32,000 nt of DNA from contig CP188086.1 in NCBI GenBank assembly GCA_049942765.1, positions 595,316 through 627,315 of the forward strand, read 5' to 3'. How positions within the stretch are numbered: the first letter of the stretch is position 1; each line of letters begins with the position of its first letter. Position numbers and translations under genes: made by a program. The stretch comes from Buchnera aphidicola (Eriosoma harunire) (lineage in GTDB: Bacteria; Pseudomonadota; Gammaproteobacteria; Enterobacterales; Enterobacteriaceae). The notes below the pieces were generated by a model. The model saw nothing but the letters and a program-made list of their open reading frames with translations, was not told the DNA's origin and made no database searches. Of this stretch, positions 20,504-32,000 are shown piece by piece.

Positions 20504-20534
20504 AAAATCACTATTATTATTTTGAAGTGATTTT
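20504..20534 (+). terminator. Possible dnaN terminator hairpin
   Basis: AAAATCACT (20504-20512) pairs with AGTGATTTT (20526-20534) around a 13-nt loop, ending in a T run, 19 nt after the dnaN stop. The stem is weak. Confidence 0.3.
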
Positions 20535-20754
20535 TAAATTATTTTAAATAAAAATAATTAAATATTAAAAAATTACTAAATTTTTATAAAATTTTAATAT
20601 AATTTAAATATTTATATAATATTCTCTTGTATTTTATTTCATGCATGAATCTTTATTATTTAATTTATAGTTTAAAACTGTTCATTCTTTTATTTTTAAG
20701 AAATTTTTTTACGTTAATATTTAATAAATAAATTATAGATTAAATCTAGTTTAA

Positions 20755-23181
<2,427 letters not shown>

Positions 23182-23263
23182 AATCATTTTTATAATTTAA
23201 TCAACATTTTATTGCATAGATAATTTATGGTTTTTAATATGTTATATATTCAATTTTTTATCC

Positions 23264-23286
23264 CGGCAGGTGATAATTCCCTGCCG
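23264..23286. terminator. GC-rich hairpin between convergent gyrB and atpC (candidate bidirectional terminator or 3'-end stabiliser)
   Basis: CGGCAGG (23264-23270) pairs with CCTGCCG (23280-23286) around a 9-nt loop. It is a conspicuously GC-rich element in an otherwise A/T spacer. No canonical U-tract follows it on either strand. Confidence 0.45.
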
Positions 23287-23333
23287 AATTAAATGTAAAT
23301 GTATATTTATTTAAAATAATATATTTTTATGTA

Positions 23334-23744
23334 TTACATTTTTTTCATTACTTCAATTACTTTTAGTTTTTCTATAACTTGTTCTAATTCTGTTTTTAAA
23401 TTTTTTTTGTTATTTAAAACAATATTTTGTTTAATTTTTTCTTCTATTTCATTTTTATTTTTTATAATTTCTTCATAATTTAAATGTTCACCTAGTATTG
23501 CTGTTTTAGATAAAATTGTTATTAAACGAGGCTGTACTTCTAATATACCTTCTGATAAATAAATATATTTTTTTTTTAGATTATTTAATATTATTAATAA
23601 CAAACCTGGTTTTATTAATGTAAGTAAAGGAGAATGACTAGGATAAATACCTAATTGTCCTTCTATACTTGAAATTTGAATTTTTGTTATAAAATCTGAA
23701 AAAATTTGTTTTTCCATGTTCACTACATTTAGATAACAATTCAT
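23334..23744 (-). CDS. atpC: ATP synthase F1 epsilon subunit
   Basis: The 136-aa ORF reads ..LNVVNMEKQIFSDF..KIQISSIEGQLGIYPSHSPLLT, against E. coli ..[38 protein letters not shown]. Confidence 0.93.
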   Translation of the reverse strand: MNCYLNVVNMEKQIFSDFITKIQISSIEGQLGIYPSHSPLLTLIKPGLLLIILNNLKKKYIYLSEGILEVQPRLITILSKTAILGEHLNYEEIIKNKNEIEEKIKQNIVLNNKKNLKTELEQVIEKLKVIEVMKKM

Positions 23745-23773
23745 AATATTCTCATTATTAATTTTGCTCGGAA

Positions 23774-25171
<1,398 letters not shown>

Positions 25172-25191
25172 CTATAACCTCAGTTATTATA

Positions 25192-26070
25192 TTAATTACA
25201 GGTAATTGCATGAGATCCTGCAACAATTTCATTTAATTCTTGAGTAATTGCAGCTTGTCGTGCTTTATTATATATTAATTGTAATTGTTTAATAATATTA
25301 TTGCTATTATCACTAGCTGTTTTCATAGCTATCATTCTTGCAGCTTGTTCACTAGCTAAATTTTCTAGTACACTTTGATATATTTTAGATTCTAAAAAAC
25401 GATTTAATAAAGTATCTAATAAAATTTTTGGATTAGGTTCATAAATATAATCCCATTTTATTGTTTTATGAACATAATTTTCATTGGTAAAAATAATTGG
25501 TAAAAATAGATTGCAACATGGTGTATGAGATAACGTATTATTATATTGATTATAAGCTATATATAATTTATCAATTTTCCCATTAATATATTCTTCTAGT
25601 ACAACACGAATATATTGTATTAATCGAATAGAATTAAGCTGATTTTCAATGTCATTCAAATGATTTACAATATCATAATTTAAATTTTTAAAAAATTGTA
25701 TTCCTTTATCTCCCAAAATAATTAATTTTATATTTATATTTTGATTTAAATATTTTTGTATATGTAATAAAACTTTTTTATATAAATTATTATTTAAATT
25801 TCCACATAATCCACGATCAGTTGATATTATGATAAAACCTATAGTTTTTATAGTTTTTTTTTGAAAATAAATATGCTGATATTCTAAATTAGCTGATAAT
25901 AAATGTTGTATAATTTTTTGTATATTTTCTATATAAGGACGACTAGCTAACATTTTTATTTTGGCTTTTTTTGTTTTAGATATAGCTACCATTTCCATAG
26001 TTTTTGTAATTTTTTTAGTATTTTTCGCACTATTAATTTTGTTTTTTATTATTTTTATGGAAGTCATCAA
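25192..26070 (-). CDS. atpG: ATP synthase F1 gamma subunit
   Basis: The 292-aa ORF carries I..KI.S.KNT.KITK.MEMVA at the N-terminus and YNKARQA.ITQEL.EIV.G at the C-terminus. Confidence 0.95.
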   Translation of the reverse strand: MMTSIKIIKNKINSAKNTKKITKTMEMVAISKTKKAKIKMLASRPYIENIQKIIQHLLSANLEYQHIYFQKKTIKTIGFIIISTDRGLCGNLNNNLYKKVLLHIQKYLNQNINIKLIILGDKGIQFFKNLNYDIVNHLNDIENQLNSIRLIQYIRVVLEEYINGKIDKLYIAYNQYNNTLSHTPCCNLFLPIIFTNENYVHKTIKWDYIYEPNPKILLDTLLNRFLESKIYQSVLENLASEQAARMIAMKTASDNSNNIIKQLQLIYNKARQAAITQELNEIVAGSHAITCN

Positions 26071-26118
26071 ATAATCTTCTAAATAATGAAGTTGAAAAAT
26101 TTATTAAAGTTAAAAATA

Positions 26119-27654
26119 TTATTGAATTTTAAATCTTTGAATAATTAAGTGAAATTCTTTTTCAATTTCCATATTATATTTTTTTATATTATTAATTTTA
26201 TGTATAAAATTTCTATAATTCATATTAAACAATTTTAATAATTCATATTCAAATTTTTGAATATTTTCCACTTTAATATCATCAAAATAATTTTTTTCTG
26301 ATGCAAATAACATGAGTGCTTGTTCTGCTATTGTTAATGGCATATGTTTTTTTTGTTTAAGTAATTCAGTTATTTTTTGTCCATGTAATAATTGTTTTTT
26401 TGTAACTTCATCCAAATCTGAAGCGAATTGAGAAAAAGCAGCTAATTCTCGATATTGAGCTAATGATGTTCTAATTCCTCCAGATAATTTTTTAATAATA
26501 TTTGTTTGAGCTGCAGTTCCAATTCTAGAAACTGAAATGCTTGGATTAACAGCTGGTTTAATACCAGCATTAAATAAATTAGTTTCTAAAAATATTTGTC
26601 CATCAGTAATTGATATTACATTTGTAGGTACAAAAGCAGATACATCACCTGATTGGGTTTCAATGATTGGTAATGCAGTCAATGATCCAGTTTTATTTTT
26701 TATTTTTCCATTAGTTAATAACTTTACATAATTTGTATTGATTTTTGCAGCTCTTTCTAATAATCTTGCATGTAAATAAAATATATCTCCAGGGTATGCT
26801 TCACGTCCTGGAGGTCTTTTAAGTAATAAAGAAATTTGTCTATAAGCAATCGCATGTTTAGATAAATCATCATAAACTATTAGTGCATCTTCTCCATGAT
26901 TTCTAAAATATTCTCCCATAGAACAAGCAGCGTATGGTGCTATATATTGTAATGCTGCTTCTTCTGAAGCAGAAGCTACAACAATAATGGTATTATATAG
27001 AGCATTATTATTTTTTAAAATTTCTACAACATTTACTACATTAGAAATTTTTTGACCTATAGCTACATAAATACATTTAACTCCAGAGTTTTTTTGATTA
27101 ATGATGGTATCTATAGCAATAGTTGTTTTTCCTGTTTGTCGATCTCCTATAATCAATTCTCGTTGACCTTTACCAATAGGGATCATAGTATCTATTGATT
27201 TATATCCGGTTTGAATAGATTCATTAATAGATTGTCTATGGATAACATCAGGAGCTGCTTGTTCTATGGGATAAAAACAATTCTCGTATATTGGTCCATT
27301 TCCATCTATTGGCATTCCTAAAGCATTAATTACTCTTCCTAATAATTCGGTTCCAACAGGTATTTCTAATATTTTCCCAGTACATTTAATAATCATTCCT
27401 TCATTTAAATGATGATAGGATCCTAATACTATAGCTCCTACGGTATCTCTTTCTAAATTTAATGCTATTGCATATGTATTGCAATTTGGAACCACTAACA
27501 TTTCTCCTTGCATAACATCAGATAAACCATAAATCTTTATAATTCCATCTGCAATTGATATAATTTCTCCTTGATTATCAATTTTATATTCGATAGAGAA
27601 TTCATTGATTCTCTGTTGTATTAATTTGCTAATTTCAGTAGAATTTAATTGCAT
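26119..27654 (-). CDS. atpA: ATP synthase F1 alpha subunit
   Basis: The 511-aa ORF starts MQLN.TEIS.LI..RI and carries GDRQTGKT (Walker A), [15 protein letters not shown]-type and PAVNP.ISVSR motifs. Confidence 0.98.
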   Translation of the reverse strand: MQLNSTEISKLIQQRINEFSIEYKIDNQGEIISIADGIIKIYGLSDVMQGEMLVVPNCNTYAIALNLERDTVGAIVLGSYHHLNEGMIIKCTGKILEIPVGTELLGRVINALGMPIDGNGPIYENCFYPIEQAAPDVIHRQSINESIQTGYKSIDTMIPIGKGQRELIIGDRQTGKTTIAIDTIINQKNSGVKCIYVAIGQKISNVVNVVEILKNNNALYNTIIVVASASEEAALQYIAPYAACSMGEYFRNHGEDALIVYDDLSKHAIAYRQISLLLKRPPGREAYPGDIFYLHARLLERAAKINTNYVKLLTNGKIKNKTGSLTALPIIETQSGDVSAFVPTNVISITDGQIFLETNLFNAGIKPAVNPSISVSRIGTAAQTNIIKKLSGGIRTSLAQYRELAAFSQFASDLDEVTKKQLLHGQKITELLKQKKHMPLTIAEQALMLFASEKNYFDDIKVENIQKFEYELLKLFNMNYRNFIHKINNIKKYNMEIEKEFHLIIQRFKIQ

Positions 27655-27668
27655 AAATTGTTGCTCTG

Positions 27669-28202
27669 TTAGTAATTTAATATAGTAGTTAATTTATTTA
27701 ATATATTTTTAATAGAGTAATCTATTACATGATCATCTGATTTGATTATTAACCCACTTATGAGAGTTTTATCAATTTTAAATTTAAAATTTATTTTTTT
27801 TTTAAAATGTTGTGAGAATATTTGATGTATAGATGTTAAAATTTTTTTTTCTAGAGTATAGGCTGATGTTATTTCTATAGTAATAAAATTTTCATAATTT
27901 TTTTTTAATATATAAAAATAATTTAAAATATCAGAAAAATAATTTATACGTTGATGTTTTGCCATTATTTTTATCAAGTTTTTAGTTTTTTGAGAAATTT
28001 CATTTTGTGTTATATAAAAAAACATTTTAATAATATCTGTATAGTGTAAATTATTTGGAATTTTCTGTATATTGAATAATATATGTGAAATGTGAGTACA
28101 TAACTTTAATTCTTGATGCCAAATATCTATAGAATTATCTAATAAAGCTATATTAAAAATAGCTGTAGCATAGGGTCTAGCTATATTTATAAAATAAGAC
28201 AT
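27669..28202 (-). CDS. atpH: ATP synthase F1 delta subunit
   Basis: The 177-aa ORF sits between atpF and atpA. It has an N-terminal ARPYA.A motif and a GL.IK..D.VID.S tail typical of OSCP/delta. The sequence is divergent. Confidence 0.88.
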   Translation of the reverse strand: MSYFINIARPYATAIFNIALLDNSIDIWHQELKLCTHISHILFNIQKIPNNLHYTDIIKMFFYITQNEISQKTKNLIKIMAKHQRINYFSDILNYFYILKKNYENFITIEITSAYTLEKKILTSIHQIFSQHFKKKINFKFKIDKTLISGLIIKSDDHVIDYSIKNILNKLTTILNY

Positions 28203-28214
28203 GATTATTAATTC

Positions 28215-28685
28215 TTAAAAATTGGATAAAATTTCGTTAATATAATTTTGATGATCTTTTTCATTGATAGTTTTCTTTAAGATTTTTTCAGCTATTAAAA
28301 TCGATAGATTGGTTGTTTTTTTCTTTAATTCATTAAATATTTTATGTGTTTTATTTTGTATTTCCAATTGAGTATTTAATAGAATTTTTTCTCGTTCTTT
28401 ATTGGCTAATAATTTAGCTTCTGCTATGATGACTTTTTTATTTTGATTTGCGTTTTGAATAATTATTTCGGCTTCATGTTTTGCTTTGTTTATTGTTTTT
28501 TGAATATTTTTTTTTTCAATTTCTATTTCTATTTCTTTTTTTTTAATTAAATTAAAAGCATTTTCAATTTCTGTTTTTCTATCATGAATTATTTTAATAA
28601 TTGGAGGCCAAATATATTTCATACAAAACCAAACAAAAAAGATAAAAGAAATAGTTTGACCAATTATAGTAGCATTTAAATTCAT
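28215..28685 (-). CDS. atpF: ATP synthase F0 b subunit
   Basis: MNLNATIIGQ.I.F..FV.FCMKY.WPP matches the E. coli AtpF N-terminus. I prefer the ATG at 28685, which has an AAGG Shine-Dalgarno sequence 7 nt upstream, over the track start at 28691. Confidence 0.9.
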   Translation of the reverse strand: MNLNATIIGQTISFIFFVWFCMKYIWPPIIKIIHDRKTEIENAFNLIKKKEIEIEIEKKNIQKTINKAKHEAEIIIQNANQNKKVIIAEAKLLANKEREKILLNTQLEIQNKTHKIFNELKKKTTNLSILIAEKILKKTINEKDHQNYINEILSNF

Positions 28686-28711
28686 TATCATACCTTAAAA
28701 TAAATGAGAAA

Positions 28712-28746
28712 GAAATCTTACACGCTATTATAGCGTATAAGATTTC
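28712..28746 (-). terminator. Terminator-like hairpin inside the atp operon (atpE-atpF spacer)
   Basis: A 16-bp stem pairs GAAATCTTACACGCTA with TAGCGTATAAGATTTC around a 3-nt loop. The single non-Watson-Crick position is G-U only in the minus-strand (atp mRNA) sense. In the transcript it is followed by UUUCUCAUUUAUUUU and then the atpF Shine-Dalgarno sequence. Confidence 0.5.
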
Positions 28747-28784
28747 ATAAAAATAAGCTATTATATTTAATGTGTCGTAGCATA

Positions 28785-29054
<270 letters not shown>

Positions 29055-29065
29055 TTAGGTTATGT

Positions 29066-29890
<825 letters not shown>

Positions 29891-30104
29891 TTATTTTCCT
29901 TTTTTAGATTTGATTATATATATAATATGAAAAAAAAATAAATAAAAAATTGGTTTCGGTTAAATTAAATGTATATAACATTAATAAAGAATTAAGTATT
30001 CTTATATTTTTAAAGAAAGTAATTGTTACTAATAAACATTATTAAAATCTTTAAAAGGATAATTATCTTATATATTATAATATACAATTATTAATTTTAA
30101 ATTA

Positions 30105-32000
30105 TCATTGAACTTTTTGTTTAAAATTCATTGATAGCTTTTTTAAATAAATTAATATTATTGATATTGCAGCAGGTGTAATTCCTGAAATTCTTGAAGC
30201 TTGACCGATAGTACTAGGTTTGTAGTTATTTAGTTTTGCAACCACCTCATTAGATAAACCTTGAATATTGTTATAATCTAAACAAGGTGAAAGATTGGTA
30301 GTTTCATTTTTTATATGATTAAGAATTTCATTATATTGTCGCTGAATATAACCTTTATATTTTATTTGGATTTCAATTTGATTAAGTATATGTAATTCAA
30401 ATTGAGAATTTAATGTAGGATCAATAGCAATCAGATTATTTATTTTAACTTCAGGTCTTTTTAGTAATTCAATAGCGTTTATTTTTTTTTTAATGTGTAT
30501 ATTTAATTGTTGGTATAATTGTAAACTAAAATATGTATGTGGGATAAAAAATAATTGTTTTAAATATGTTTTAGTTTGTTTTATTTTTTCTATTTTGTTA
30601 TTTAGATTTATCCATCTGTCTTTTGTTATTAAACCTAATTTTTGACCTAATTCTGTTAATCTTAAGTCAGCATTATCTTCACGTAATAATAATCGATGTT
30701 CTGATCTAGCAGTGAACATTCTATAAGGTTCTGTAGTTCCTTTATTACATAAATCATCAATTAATACACCTATATATGCTTGGTCTCGTCTTAAAATTAA
30801 TGGTTTTTTATTAGATATATATAAGCTAGCATTGATTCCTGATATTAATCCTTGAGCAGCAGCTTCTTCATAACCAGTAGTACCATTTATTTGACCTGCT
30901 AAAAATAATCCATTAATAATTTTACTTTCTAAAGTTAATTTTAAATCTCTAGGATCAAAATAATCATATTCAATAGCATAACCAGGATGAATAATTTCAG
31001 CTTTTTCTAATCCTTTTATAGAATTAATCATTTTTATTTGTATAGATAAAGGTAAGCTGGTAGAAATTCCATTAGGATAAATACTATTTGTTGTTAAACC
31101 TTCTGGTTCTAAAAATATTTGATGGCTTTTTTTACTTTTAAAACGTATTATTTTATCTTCAATAGAAGGACAATAACGAGGTCCTATTGAAGCTATTTTT
31201 CCTTGAAAAATAGGACTTAGTTTTAAATTTGATTTAATAATATCATGAGTATTTTCATTTGTATTGGTAATATAGCATGGTATTTGCACTGGTCTTTTGT
31301 TAGTAAATTGCATAAAAGAAAAAAATGGTGTTGGGATATCTCCATGTTGAATATCAAGTTTATTATAGTTAATTGATAAACTGTTAATTCGTGGTGGCGT
31401 TCCAGTTTTTAATCTATTAATTCTAAATGGCATATTTCTTAATTTCTGAGATAATTGAAGTGAAGATTTATCACCAATTCTACCACCTTTAGTTTTTTTA
31501 AATCCTATGTGTATTATACCATTAAGAAAAGTACCAGTAGTTAATATAACACAAGTGCAATAAATTTTTTTTTCTGAAATAGTGACAATCCCTTGAATTG
31601 TTTCTTGTTTAATTATTAAATCTTTTACTTCTTCTTCTAATATTGTTAAATATTGTTGTTTTTTGAGAAAAGATAATACAGTTTTATGATAAAGAATACG
31701 ATCTGCTTGAGCTCTAGTAGATTTTACTGCTGGTCCTTTTTTTTCATTTAAAATTTTAAATTGAATGCCTGATCTATCAATAGCTTGAGCCATTAATCCA
31801 CCTAATGCATCAATTTCTTTAACTAAATGACTTTTTCCAATTCCACCAATGGCTGGATTACATGATAAAGCTCCAATAGTAGATATTTTTTGTGTAACTA
31901 ATAAAGTTCGTTTTTTCATTCTAGAAGCAGCCATAGCAGCTTCCGTTCCAGCATGTCCTCCTCCTATGATAATAATATCAAATATATTTGTTATATACAT
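30105..32000 (-). CDS. mnmG: tRNA uridine 5-carboxymethylaminomethyl modification enzyme MnmG (GidA)
   Basis: The 631-aa ORF carries the FAD motif [14 protein letters not shown], plus [11 protein letters not shown] and [17 protein letters not shown]. Its start codon is the last 3 nt of the window. Confidence 0.97.
   Translation of the reverse strand: MYITNIFDIIIIGGGHAGTEAAMAASRMKKRTLLVTQKISTIGALSCNPAIGGIGKSHLVKEIDALGGLMAQAIDRSGIQFKILNEKKGPAVKSTRAQADRILYHKTVLSFLKKQQYLTILEEEVKDLIIKQETIQGIVTISEKKIYCTCVILTTGTFLNGIIHIGFKKTKGGRIGDKSSLQLSQKLRNMPFRINRLKTGTPPRINSLSINYNKLDIQHGDIPTPFFSFMQFTNKRPVQIPCYITNTNENTHDIIKSNLKLSPIFQGKIASIGPRYCPSIEDKIIRFKSKKSHQIFLEPEGLTTNSIYPNGISTSLPLSIQIKMINSIKGLEKAEIIHPGYAIEYDYFDPRDLKLTLESKIINGLFLAGQINGTTGYEEAAAQGLISGINASLYISNKKPLILRRDQAYIGVLIDDLCNKGTTEPYRMFTARSEHRLLLREDNADLRLTELGQKLGLITKDRWINLNNKIEKIKQTKTYLKQLFFIPHTYFSLQLYQQLNIHIKKKINAIELLKRPEVKINNLIAIDPTLNSQFELHILNQIEIQIKYKGYIQRQYNEILNHIKNETTNLSPCLDYNNIQGLSNEVVAKLNNYKPSTIGQASRISGITPAAISIILIYLKKLSMNFKQKVQ

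Noticed and set aside
31998-32000. The window ends exactly on the mnmG start codon, which could suggest that a genome numbering origin or oriC lies immediately beyond.
   Set aside because: This cannot be evaluated because the upstream sequence lies outside the window. It may be a coincidence of how the window was cut or of how the record was rotated.

Overview
This window is a very AT-rich, gene-dense, strongly reduced gammaproteobacterial chromosome segment. Gene content and order match the origin-proximal region of Buchnera aphidicola-type obligate insect endosymbionts: rpoC tail, purH, metE, rpoH, ftsY, rsmD, dnaC, efp, groEL-groES, tRNA-Phe, mnmE, yidC, rnpA, rpmH, dnaA, dnaN, gyrB, atpCDGAHFEB, mnmG. 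This assignment rests on remembered synteny and protein similarity, not on a search. Every long ORF is a recognisable housekeeping gene. I found no mobile element, CRISPR array, defence island or unassigned multi-gene cassette, so I cannot support a claim of a new multi-gene system. The observations that merit a second look are these. (1) A perfect 143-bp palindrome (71-bp arms) lies at the convergent purH/metE junction and includes the last codons of metE. (2) dnaA is split by a frameshift inside an A16 tract, and its downstream part has substitutions at several AAA+ catalytic or arginine-finger positions. (3) rsmD is frameshifted in an A10 tract with its motifs otherwise intact. (4) A 1.75-kb gene desert between metE and rpoH holds an eroded YigL/Cof-type HAD phosphatase relic and no metR. 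(5) A good sigma32-type promoter precedes groES, and rpoH is retained. (6) A terminator-like hairpin sits inside the atp operon between atpE and atpF. All coordinates were derived by hand from the printed sequence. Homopolymer lengths need checking against raw reads.
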